A DNA stretch of 64,000 bases. It comes from an uncultured Rivularia sp. (lineage in GTDB: Bacteria > Cyanobacteriota > Cyanobacteriia > Cyanobacteriales > Nostocaceae). Where the stretch lies: contig OY762007.1 of assembly GCA_963665115.1 (NCBI GenBank), positions 608,001 to 672,000 of the forward strand. Reading direction: 5' to 3'. Shown here piece after piece: positions 31,698 through 43,300 of the stretch. Under the pieces are notes generated by a model, which did not search any database, was not told the origin of the DNA, and was given only the letters and a program-made list of their open reading frames with translations. Numbering within the stretch: the stretch's first letter is position 1; every line of letters begins with the position of its first letter. The position numbers and the translations under genes are program-made.

Positions 31698-32724
31698 TTA
31701 AGCTTCCACCTTTGTTTTAAGAAAGCCAACTAGATTTTGTAAAAACGACTGACTGACATTAATTTCACTAGAAGCATTGGGAACTGAATCTAATCTCTTA
31801 TTCTCAACTGGTGTTGTAACATTTTCTTGAATTTGTCTTTTTTCCGGTTCCTTAGTGTTTGAAGCGAAAGTCGGTTCTTGACTGTTTAGACTAGATAAAT
31901 CTGCTGCAAATGTTTGAGATGATAATTCACCAAATCCATTTGTAGAATTTAAATCAGCGAATTCAATTTTATTGTCAATAATAGGTGTTTTGGGAGTATC
32001 TATGATAAAGGCTTCTTCTGCCAAATTGCTGACAATTAATCTAAAAGCAATCTGTTGTACTTTTTCTACAGGAATTACTAATCGAACGGCTATTTCATTC
32101 AAACTGGTTTGATTGTCAGCATATTCCCAAACTCTTGATTCTTGAGAATCCAACTGTAGACGAGATAAAACAGAACTCTTTCTTAAAAGACCTGAAGTAG
32201 GATCTGGTAGCTTTGCTTTTAATGCAGACCAGTTTCGCAGGCTCCGTAAACCCTTGATGGTAGCTTCAGTTGTTGACATACTTAACCCGGTCATTTCTGC
32301 CGCTGGTATGGCAGCCTGAAAATCAAAATCAAACTTACCATTTTCGAGTTCAAACAAAGGAGAAACTTGTCCCATTATTTGGGCACGAAATAATAGTGTC
32401 AGTTGCTCTGCGCTAAGCAGCCCTTGAGACTTGAGACACAAGCCCATTGCCATTTTTCGACCGCTCTCTTGAAATTTTTCTGTTACAGAACTCTCGCTTA
32501 CCCAGCCTCTACGGGCAATCATTGAAATTAAACCGCGCCCGTCTGAGTTATTTGCTGCGGCTAAAATGCGACCCCTGACGCAGCCATATAAAATGATTTT
32601 GGGCTTGTTCATTCTGCTCCATTTTTAAAGCACGAATGCTCAGCAAGCCGGTTTTATAACCTTGTTCTAAAAATTCAAAAATTTCTGGCAAAGAAAATTT
32701 AGATAAGTAACCAGTAAATGCCAT
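31698..32724 (-). CDS. DUF4388 (PATAN-like) domain protein; apparent +1 frameshift at CCCC 32572-32575
   Basis: The true N-terminus, missed by the ORF track, is MAFTGYLSKFSLPEIFEFLEQGYKTGLLSIR...HFIWLRQG. It joins RILAAAN after one base is removed. A C-terminal wHTH-like segment (RVWEYAD..SLNEIA) follows. Confidence 0.85.
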
Positions 32725-33085
32725 GTCTTCCTTCGTAAAATATTTTTTTAGGTAACATTAATGCGTCTGTCTATTTTGCTCGTCAAAGTTGAAAATAATT
32801 ATAAATCACTTTTAGAGCCAAAATATGTAAAGTTAAATGGTGTATATTAAATCTACCTCTTATCTTATTATATATTTTCATCGCTATATTTATTCTTAAA
32901 TAAATATTTAAGTTAGGGACAAAAATTGTTACAAAATAAATAAGTCTGTTCCAAGAAGTTAATCTGTATACATCATGCTGAAATTATATATTTCAAGAAT
33001 AAAATACTATTCTATAAAACAAATCTCCGTCATCAGAATTATGCGGACAGAAAAAGTTTTGGCTCTTCATAAGACAGACATTCAA

Positions 33086-33640
33086 TTATACGACCATTGC
33101 TTTTGAAGCATTATGTTGTGCATAATGCTGTACTAAAGAAATTACAGCAGTGACAACAGAAGATATTTCATTGGGATGAACTATCACAACAGGAGGTTGT
33201 GTACTGGCATCGTAATAACCCAAAGCTGCTATTACATTTTCCTCAGACCATGCACCAGAACAATCCGAATGAGTTAAACCAATAACCATAGGAATTTGCG
33301 CCCTCTGATTCATATAAGAAATTATTTTGCGAGCGTAACGAAATTCTCCTGGTCTATGAGCTGCTACCAGTAATATATAGGCATGAGCCTTACCAATTAA
33401 CATATCCCAGATAAAATTAAATCGTTCTTGACCTGGTGTACCGTAAAGATGCAGTGCCATATCTGGATTAAACTGCAATCTACCAAAATCAAAAGCAACA
33501 GTAGTTTTTTGCTTAAGTAATGAAGTTTCGTCTGTTGCTCTGCGGTCTGTATCTACAGTTTCAATTTCGCTAATCGAACGAATAAATGTAGATTTACCAG
33601 CCCCTACAGGACCAGTAACAACCATACGCATGATTTCCAT
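33086..33640 (-). CDS. MglA/CvnD-like small GTPase (Ras-like, ATP_bind_1)
   Basis: G1 VTGPVGAGKST, G2 TTVAFDFG, G3 LYGTPGQERF and an atypical G4 THSD. Confidence 0.92.
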   Translation of the reverse strand: MEIMRMVVTGPVGAGKSTFIRSISEIETVDTDRRATDETSLLKQKTTVAFDFGRLQFNPDMALHLYGTPGQERFNFIWDMLIGKAHAYILLVAAHRPGEFRYARKIISYMNQRAQIPMVIGLTHSDCSGAWSEENVIAALGYYDASTQPPVVIVHPNEISSVVTAVISLVQHYAQHNASKAMVV

Positions 33641-34039
33641 AGAACTAAAAAAAATAGACAACTATTGTTGAAATAACCAGTTATCAAGAATATAAATTGA
33701 ACTTTCCTTTCGACCATCGATGCGATTCTAGATAAAGGCAACGGTTCAATATACCTATCTTTAAGGTAGTAACTGATAACTTATATCATGTCCGGTTGAT
33801 TACTTGTGGTTATGTTTTCAAGGAATAATTTACTTAGTATTTCCTTTTTAGAAATAATAAATGCGAACATGATGAAAATGAATTTAATCGTTACCTTATT
33901 CCATTTTAAATTTTAGATTTTAGATTTAGAATTGTATTTGATCGGATTTAAAAAAGCTGATAAAATAATATTCTCCAAAATCGATTATCTATCATATTGA
34001 TGTTTTAGGTAACTCGACCGACATTAAGTTATTGAAAAA

Positions 34040-34411
34040 TTACATTAAAACTAACTTCAATTCTTCGGTAAGGCGCTTGATTTCTAACATCAATAAACCT
34101 TGCTTCGCTGATTGGCTCGCCAATACTAGCAATACTGCATCTTCGCCGCAGTTAGTTAATACGCCGTAGCCTTTATCGCCTTCAACGAAAATACGGTCTG
34201 TACTACCTCTAGATAATTCACTACCTATACGTTCACCCAAAGATAGCATCGCCGCAGACATCGCGGATACTTTCTCATCATCCATCGCACTTGGTAGCAC
34301 TGAAGCTAGAGATAAACCATCTGGAGAAACAAGTGTTGCTCCTTGAATATCACCAGTACCGCTGACGAAATTTTGCAGGATACTTTCAATCTTTCCAACA
34401 TTAATAGGCAT
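34040..34411 (-). CDS. Roadblock/LC7 (MglB-like) protein
   Basis: GATLVSPDGL, SAMSAAMLSLGERI and KQGLLMLEIKR. Confidence 0.92.
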   Translation of the reverse strand: MPINVGKIESILQNFVSGTGDIQGATLVSPDGLSLASVLPSAMDDEKVSAMSAAMLSLGERIGSELSRGSTDRIFVEGDKGYGVLTNCGEDAVLLVLASQSAKQGLLMLEIKRLTEELKLVLM

Positions 34412-34472
34412 TTATTTGTCCTTGTTATTTGTATGCAAAACTCAATTGAGCAACTCGATTAAAAAGCTGTAT

Positions 34473-34934
34473 TTATACTAAGGATGCAAATTCAAAAACG
34501 TCGTTACTTCCACCACGAAGCACGGATTCTGCATGAGTACCTTTCAAACGCTTACCAGTAATTTCTTCTAAAGCTCCCCAAACTGCACCAAGAGTAAATG
34601 TGCATTTACGAGGTGAACCTTCAGGCTCGTCAGCAGAACATAAGGTTTCTGAGGTAGAAACTTTAATAACATCAGTTTCTTCAACAATGCTTTCTATAAT
34701 AAGGAGTTTTGTTCCATTCTCACCTAATGCGAAAGCCATTTTATCCGCGATGCTAGCCCAGTCAACGCTGCTTCCTGTTAAGCCTAACTCTTTCGCGAGG
34801 TTTTTACCACGGCTGCGACCTGCTGCGATTAGGGCGATCGCAGTTGCTTTTTCTCCTAATGCTTCTTCCATTCCAGTAATAGCTGCTTTAAAGCAAATAA
34901 TACTGGAAAATTCTCCAAGTTTTGGACGTGACAT
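34473..34934 (-). CDS. V4R (4-vinyl-reductase) small-ligand-binding domain protein
   Basis: AGRSRG, ETLCS...CTFTLGAVWGALE and HAESVLRGG...FEF pattern. Confidence 0.8.
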   Translation of the reverse strand: MSRPKLGEFSSIICFKAAITGMEEALGEKATAIALIAAGRSRGKNLAKELGLTGSSVDWASIADKMAFALGENGTKLLIIESIVEETDVIKVSTSETLCSADEPEGSPRKCTFTLGAVWGALEEITGKRLKGTHAESVLRGGSNDVFEFASLV

Positions 34935-35413
34935 GATTAATTACCTATTAAGATAACTGCACTTCTGATTATCTTTGGGCAATTTTGAAACGCCAACAGA
35001 GTTTATACGCATAGAATAATCTGCACTTCAGTTTTTTGTATAAGTGAAAGTACCGGGTAAATAATGGCTTATAAGTTATTTCTTTAGTCATATTGCTACC
35101 AATAAGCTGTCATGCAATATGATTGTTAAGGCATAAAGCAATTTTGGAGATGCCTGCTTGAACTGACTTATAAACTTTGATATTTGCTCTAAAAGAATGC
35201 TTACTAAAAAACATTAAATATATATACTTGTAACATATATTAACATGATTAAACGAGATACTGTATCTGCGTTATCACTGATTTGTAGCTATTTTCAAGC
35301 CTTACCCCCAAACGATCTGCTGGAAATCAAAAAAGACCATAAATAAGTACTCACTTAAGTTATTGAAAGTAAAAAGGCAATGAGAATTCCCAATGCCCAA
35401 TTCCCAACTCAAC

Positions 35414-36325
35414 TTACTTTTTCGCTTCAATTGCTTCTCTTAGATTTCCCTGATATTGGGTGAGGAGCTTCGACGCTTGTTCCTTATTCAAACCAGTTTC
35501 ATGCATCAAAATTGCTAACTTGACCCATTTGCCGCTACGTTCAAGTAAAGTACCGGCAGCTTCGCGACTCAAATTAGTTAAATCCTGCAAAATTCGTAAA
35601 GCTCTATCTTGTAACTTTTGATTTGTAACCGCGACATCTACCATGCGATTGCCGTAAACCTTACCGAGTTTGACCATAACGCCGGTAGAAAGAATATTTA
35701 AAGCTAATTTTGTAGCGGTACCGGCTTTGAGGCGAGTAGAACCAGCTAATATTTCTGGCCCTGTAAGCAAGCGAATGTCTACGTCTGTTTCTACACTAAC
35801 TTGCTCGGATGGAACGCAAGCAATAAATACGGTAGTCGCGCCCCGGCTTTTCGCTGCCTTGATAGCACCATGAACGAAAGGAGTAGTTCCACCTGCGGTA
35901 ATACCCACTACCACATCAAGCTGGGTAATTTCTCGTTGAGCCATCGCAGCTTCGCCATCTTCGGCGCTATCTTCTAAGTCTTCAGAACTGCGTACTAATG
36001 CACCAGCACCACCAGCGATTATACCTTGGACTAATTCGGGGGGAGTGCAAAAAGTAGGTGGACATTCAGCAGCATCTAATACTCCCAATCGACCGGAAGT
36101 ACCTGCACCTACATAAAACAAGCGCCCGCCTTTTTCAAGACTTTGCGCTGACAAATCAATCGCTTCAGCCAAATTTTCTGCTTCCGCAGCAACCGCAGCG
36201 ACTGCCTTTGCGTCTTCACTATTAAATAGTTCGACAAATTCGACGCTACTTAGCCCGTCTAAATTAAGACTATCGGGATTAACTTGCTCGGTTAGTAAGT
36301 GTCCGCGCTCTTGCAAATCTGCCAT
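35414..36325 (-). CDS. murQ: N-acetylmuramic acid 6-phosphate etherase
   Basis: GAGTSGRLGVLDAAECPPTF, GPEILAGSTRLKAGTA and GNRMVDV; ATG at 36325. Confidence 0.97.
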   Translation of the reverse strand: MADLQERGHLLTEQVNPDSLNLDGLSSVEFVELFNSEDAKAVAAVAAEAENLAEAIDLSAQSLEKGGRLFYVGAGTSGRLGVLDAAECPPTFCTPPELVQGIIAGGAGALVRSSEDLEDSAEDGEAAMAQREITQLDVVVGITAGGTTPFVHGAIKAAKSRGATTVFIACVPSEQVSVETDVDIRLLTGPEILAGSTRLKAGTATKLALNILSTGVMVKLGKVYGNRMVDVAVTNQKLQDRALRILQDLTNLSREAAGTLLERSGKWVKLAILMHETGLNKEQASKLLTQYQGNLREAIEAKK

Positions 36326-36488
36326 GTGTAAATTTATCCTTGAATAATGCCAAACCAATTTTGGATTTTAGAAGAAAAGACGTGATATAGTGCCCTGCCG
36401 GGCACGCTAGCGCTAACACGTCTCTACGTTTAAATTCATACCCGGTTTTATCCGCAGAATTAATCTAAAATCACAAATACGAAGGATC

Positions 36489-36881
36489 TTACAACAATCC
36501 TTCCAGTTTGCGACGGATATTGTCTAGATCGGAATTCGAGATTTCTTCTTCTTGTGGAACTTTTGGTTCTTCTTGAGTCGAATCGTCCTCGCGCCAATCT
36601 AGATCCTCAACATTTTGTGGTGGAGGAACAACTAAACCGCCGTCAGTAGGAACGACTTCATAGTCATAATCAGCACTTTTACAGAAATGCTCTATTTCCG
36701 ACATATCCATTGGTTCGGGTGTGGGAGTAGGAAAATCTTGCGCTTCGAGCATTAAGGCATAGCGCGAGGCGTCATCTTCGGATTCAAACATCAGCACTTT
36801 ATTGCGATCGCCGATCCGAACTGTATGAATTCCCTCATTCTCTGTACGAGCATTAAAGATTAACACAAAAACGCGCCCCAT
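36489..36881 (-). CDS. DUF3110-type conserved cyanobacterial protein
   Basis: NEGIHT, VLMFESEDDAxRYAxMLEAQDF and IRRKLEGLL; adjacent to murQ. Confidence 0.85.
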   Translation of the reverse strand: MGRVFVLIFNARTENEGIHTVRIGDRNKVLMFESEDDASRYALMLEAQDFPTPTPEPMDMSEIEHFCKSADYDYEVVPTDGGLVVPPPQNVEDLDWREDDSTQEEPKVPQEEEISNSDLDNIRRKLEGLL

Positions 36882-37307
36882 CTGTAATCACCTGTCCTTT
36901 TGTTTGGGTTCTATCCATATTAAAGTTCTAGGATGCAATTGGGGCAAAGTCGAGGTAATAATTCTCGCTTTCTTAACATTTTCCTGAATTCCCTTTTATT
37001 TTGACGTGAATGTAAAGAGTGTTGCTTTTACCCAAGTACCGTTTCAATTTTAATTATTTGGATTGTATTTTTTGAAATTACTGCTACAACTGGGTTAGAC
37101 CAACTTTATTCTCTGAAAAACACATAAAGTTCTAAATGTTCTAGTATTTCACCCAGAAAACGAGCAATTTTTTCCTACTCCCTACTCCTACTCCCCGTCA
37201 GGTTTGAGCGGCAGGTTATCCTAGAAAGGTTTACGGAGTTTTACGTCCGCGTTTAGGCCCCTTCTCGCTGTACTCTTTGCATCGGCTAAAGTCAGAAGTA
37301 ACATAAA

Positions 37308-40300
37308 ATGACCAATTCTTCTTCTACTGAAAAATATTCTAAATCTAAAAACCGCAAGCGTCTTTGGTTGCTGATACTTAGTCGCGGTGGATTGGCGTTT
37401 GGCGGATTGTTACTTGTAGGAATTTCTGTTGGTATTTGGCGATTACAAAGTTTTATTCGACAAGATTTAGCTCCTTTAGTAGAAAAAAATCTTACTAATA
37501 TTATCGATCGCCCGCTGGAGTTGGGTGAGGTAAAAGGTTTTACGCTTTCTGGAGTCAAATTTGGAGCTTCGGCGATTCCGGCAACAGCAGCAGACGCAGA
37601 CAACGTTAAAGCTGATGCTATAGAGGTTGGATTTGACCCGCTACAATTATTGTTTAATCGTAGATTAAAACTAGATGTCACTTTAGTCAACCCGGTTGGT
37701 TATGTCGATCGAGATGAGCAAGGGCGCTGGATTACTACTAATATCGTATTACCGGATGAACCAGGACCAATTGATATAGAATTAGAACAAGTCCGTTTGC
37801 GTAATGGAAATGTAGTATTAAAGCCTTTTGTCGAGAATGAGATTGCTTCTCCAAAGGTGGTTTTTTCCAAACTCAACGGTTACGCGAAATTTATTGATAA
37901 TTATCAAGTGGTTCGGTTTGAAGTCGAGGGACAACCTGGAAGTACTGGTAATCTTTCGGTAGGGGGAAAGGTAAATTTAAAAAATAAAGCAGGTAATTTA
38001 CAGATACAGGCAGCAGATTTATTCGCATCAGAAGTTACTCCCCTTGTCAAGCTACCAGTTAAGTTGAAAGGAGGAAAAATAAATGGGAATTTGCAGGTAA
38101 AGTTACCAACTGGGGAAAAACAGCCTTTATTATATGGCAACGCTCGCGTAGAAGGGCTAGATTTTCAGGTAGCCCAAATGCCGAAACCGCTGGTTAATTC
38201 TCAAGGAAATTTGCAGTTTGATGGTACGAAAGTAAAACTAAATGATGTAGTTACCAGTTACGGTAAAATTCCTTTGAGTGGTGGCGGCATCATTGATTTT
38301 AATCAAGGTTACAATTTGACTGCTCGCGTCAATGCAGTCAGCGTCAACGATACTTTACAAACTCTGGAGATTCAATCACCTTTAGCCGTGGGTGGAGTTG
38401 TCAAAGGCGATTTGACGATGACGGGAGCGATTACTCAACCAGTCATTTCCGGTACCGTTGCCACGGTTAAACCTGGAATTGTCGATAAAGTTAAATTAAA
38501 AACGGCTAGCGGTAAATTTGCTTTTGTCACAGCAGATTCAACCGTTACTTTTACAGATATTCGCGGTACTGCTGCTGTCGGTGGAGAAGTTCGAGGAGCG
38601 GGTAAAATCTTAATTGGCGACGATAGTATTGGCAGAAAAACCCAAGTTAATTTTAATTTTCGCACGGGTAATGCACCAGGAGATAGTTTAGCCAGAATTT
38701 ACAATATTCCTACAAGTTCATTTCAAGTTGGTAGAGTTGCAGCGACAGCTAATTTGAGCGGTACACCAGAAACTCTTCGCACTCTGGTAAAATTTAATGC
38801 TCCTCAAGCGACTTATCCAGCTACGGGGGAAGTAATTGTCAATCCCAATCGCAGTCTCTCATTCCGTAACGTAGCCCTTGCTGTAGCTGGCGGTACGGCT
38901 TTAGCAACAGCAAGTTGGAATCAACAGCAGTGGCAAGCTGTAGCGAATACCAAGGGTATCAAAATTAATCGGTTTGTCAGTAAGGAACAGTTAGAAAAGG
39001 TAAATCTCGATCGCGCTAGTTTTAACGGAAAAGTTATTGTTTCGGGTAGTTCAGCACCCTTTAAAATTGGTCAAATTCGTACTGAAAATGCCGATATCAA
39101 AGTTGCTGGGGGTAAGGTTGCAGTTAATTCTGTTAAGTTTGACGAGCAAAAGTTTTCTGCTGAGTTGGTAGCTTCTGGGGTTCAAGTAGGACGTTTATTA
39201 AAAGATGCGAGCTTACCTATAAATGGTCCTTTGAGCGGTAAGTTTCAGGTATCGGGCAATACAGATAATTTTGATGCTAAAACTTTGCAAATTCAAGGAT
39301 ATGCAAGGTTAGCGGCTGCCGGGGGAAGGATTACAGCGAATAATATCAAAGTGAAAGACGGTATTTATTTAGCTAGAGTCAGAGCAAATAACCTACAGTT
39401 GCAGCAATTGTCACAGCAAATACCGAAGTCGTTTAAAGGCAGATTGACGGGGGAATTTGATGTTGCTGGATCTTTGGATTCCTTGCAACCCGAAAGTATA
39501 GTAGCCACTGGTAAAGCTGAGATAAAAACGAATGGTGGTGTTATTGCAGCTAATAATATTCAAGTCAAAGATGGAGTTTATTTAGCTCAAGTAGCAACAA
39601 ATAATGTCCAGATTCAAGATTTGTCCGAACAGCTTCCCAAGTCGTTTGCGGGAAGATTAACAGGTAAATTTAACCTTGCTGGCTCCTTGGATTCTTTTGC
39701 ACCGGAAAGCTTAATTATTTCGGGTAAAGCAAATTTAAATACTGTTGCTGGTAGAATTTCCGCTTCAGATATCGAGTTTGCCAGGGGACAATATCGAGCC
39801 AAAGTTGGAGTGAATAATATAGATGTACGTCAATTATCACCACAAATTCCTCAATCGTTTCCAGGCAAGTTGACGGGAAATTTTAATATTGCTGGCTCTA
39901 CAAAATCTTTTGAAGAATTAACCGTATCTGGGAATGGTTTTGTTAATGCGGCAGGTGGGAGGATTTCAGCGTCGGAGATTGCGGTTTATAACGGCAGATA
40001 TCAAGCTAAGGTTGATGCTAATAAGTTATTGGTAAGTCAGTTATCGCCGAAAATTCCTCAATCGTTTCGGGGTAGATTGACGGGTAGGTTTAATATTGCA
40101 GGTTCGTTAAATTCCTTGGAAGATGTCAATTTATCGGGGAATGCTGCGATCGATGCTGGTGATGGTAAGGTAACAGCGTCGGATATTTTTGTTAATAACG
40201 GCAAGTATCAAGCCAAAGTTGCTGCGGATAATCTATTAGTAAGCCAATTATCAGCGAAAATTCCTCAATCGTTTGGAGGAAGATTGACAGGTAGGTTTAA

Positions 40301-43300
40301 TGTTGCAGGTTCGGTAAATTCCTTGGAGGATGTTAATCTATCTGGAAATGCTGCGATCGATGCTGCTGATGGTAAGGTAACAGCGTCAGATATTTTAGTT
40401 AATAACGGTAAGTATCAAGCCAAAGTTGCTGTAAATCAAATACGGCTAAGACAATTTGCACCACAACTACCGGAAATTTTAGCTGGAGATTTGACGGGTA
40501 ATTTTAATATTACAGGTAACGTTGCAGGTTCGGTAAATTCCTTTGAAGATGTTAATCTATCGGGAAATGCTGCGATAAATGCAGCTGGTGGTAAAATTGC
40601 AGCGTCAAATATTCAAATTAACAACGGACGCTATCAAGCAGTTGTGAATGCAGCAGATGTTGAATTAAACAAATTAAATCAAAGGTTGCGGGGTAAATTT
40701 GCTAGTAATTTACAAATTGCCGGTAACTTGAAAAATCCCACTTTAGCTGATATTAGAGCTAATGGTAACGTACAGTTTTCCCAAGGAATTCCTGGCTTTG
40801 AGAAACCAATAAATGCGGCGATCGCCTGGACTGGAAATAAGCTAAAAATTGCCAGAGCAACTGCACCGGGTTTAAATATTAGCGGTGATATTTTTGCTAA
40901 TGCTAAAGGTGTGGGAATACCTCAAATTACGCAATTAGACTTAAATATACAAGCTAGTAATTTTGATTTACAGCAGCTACCTGTAGATATTTCTAACGCA
41001 GTTAATGTAGCTGGGAAGGTTGATTTTGACGGCAAGGTAACTGGTAAATTGCCTTTACCTAATGTAGTTGGACAAGTAGCTTTAAAAGATTTTGTAATTA
41101 ATGATGTGGCTTTTGAGCCAGTTTTATCTGGTAATGTCAAATCTCAATTAGGAAGCGGTTTACAGTTAAATATTGCAGGTAAACAAGACCGAATTGCAGT
41201 TAACTTAAATAAGAATAATCGACCAGAATCTTTTGTAGTGAAACGGGGTGAAGCATTTGCATCCGGTCAATCTCAAGGCGATATTTTAGCATTAGATATA
41301 AAAGCATTTCCTTTGCAGTTATTAAAATTGCCTTTACCAGTAAATCGCTATCTCGGTTCCGGTAAAATTGCTGGAACATTTACTGGCAATGTCAGAGTTA
41401 ATCAAAAAACCTTTGCCACTGCTTCGGGAAATATTACCGTTCAAAATCCAGAAGTTGGGCGTTTAAAAGGCGATAAACTGGTTGCAAATTTTAATTATAA
41501 TGGCAATAAATTAAGTATTAGTACAGGTAAATTTTTCAAAGGAGAAAGCAGATATACCGTTGCAGGTACAGTAACTCAAATAGGTGAGGCACCGCAAATC
41601 AAAGGTAAATTAAAGGTCAAACAAGGTAAAATACAAGACGTTTTAACAGCATTACAAATATACGAATTACAAGATATTCAGCGCGGTTTAGAAGAACCGA
41701 CTTATGGAAAAGCAAGTCAACTCGAAACAATTGGAGTAGGTTTACCGAATCAAACTTTATTAACTCAATTGCGACGCTATTCAGAAATTCAAGCATTATT
41801 AGCACAACAAAAACAACAGCGGCGAGATGCTTCTCCTTTTCCAGAATTAGCGAATTTAAAAGGAACTTTCAATGCTGAAGTTAGCCTAGATACAACCAAT
41901 AATGAAGGAATAAGTACGCAGTTTGATGTTAAAGGGCAAAACTTTACTTGGGGAACCGAAGAAGATCCAGAACGTTACGAAGCAAAACAAGTTATTGCTC
42001 AAGGTGGTTTTGAAAATGGAATTTTAAAATTTACACCGTTACGGATTGAATCAACAAATAGACTTGTTAGCTTTAGCGGTGCGATTGGTGGTGACGAACA
42101 GTTCGGTAATTTACAAGTAAAGAACTTTCCTTTAGAAGTAGTTAATAACTTTGTTAATTTGCCAATAGGATTCACTGGTAATCTTAACGGTAGAGCAGCA
42201 ATAGCCGGTAGTATTGCGAACCCTTTAACAAAAGGAGAATTAAAAATTACCGATGGAACTTTAAACCAAAAAGGAATCGAATCAGCAGCAGCAAGTTTTA
42301 GCTATAGCAACGGACGCTTAAACTTTGCTAGTAACGTCATGGTGAATGATTCCGAACCAGTTGACATCAACGGTAGTATTCCTTATAAATTGCCTTTCGC
42401 TTCAGTAGCTCCCCAAAGCAATCAAATTAATTTAGATGTAAATGTCAAAAATGATGGATTGGCTGTCTTAAATTTATTCAACAATCAAGTAACCTTTGAA
42501 AAAGGTGAAGGAGAAGTTAAATTAACAGTAAGGGGAACCTTGCAAGAACCAGTAGTAAATGGAAATGCTAGTATCAAAAATGGGATATTTTCCGCTCAAG
42601 CTTTACCGGAAAAGCTGACAAATGTAACCGGAAAAGTAAATTTTGATTTTGACACCATAGCAGTCAAAAATCTTCAAGGAGACTTTAGTAAAGGTAAGGT
42701 AGTCGCAAAAGGGGACATTCCTATATATAATGATGGATCTATTCAAATTAATAATCCACTCTCCGTAACTTTAGATAAATTAGCTGTAAATCTTAAAGGA
42801 CTTTATCAAGGTGGCGTTGGAGGTAATATAATTCTTAAAGGTGCCGCATTAAGTCCGATTGTTAGCGGTAACATCAATCTAGATAACGGTTTAGTATTGC
42901 TACCTGAAGGTGATGGCGATAGTGGGGTTGCAAATAGTAAAAACCTTAAACGTGTCAAAGCAGGTAAGGAAATTAATCAAGAAGAAAATACTAGAGGAAA
43001 ATTTAATAATTTACAGTTGACTTTAGGGAAAAAAGTAAAAGTAGAACGTCCTCCAATTGTTAGCATTCAAGCTAGTGGAAATTTAGACATAAACGGTACA
43101 TTTAGCAATCCCATCCCAGTCGGGACTTTAAAATTAAAGAAAGGAGGAGTTAACTTATTTACTACCCAATTTAATCTGGCGCGTGGCGAAGAAAATACCG
43201 CTACATTTATCAAAAATCAGCCCCGCGATCCAATTTTAGATATCAGCTTATTTGCTAAAGTATTAGATGTAATCCAAAGTTCTGACTTTAGTAGACCAAA

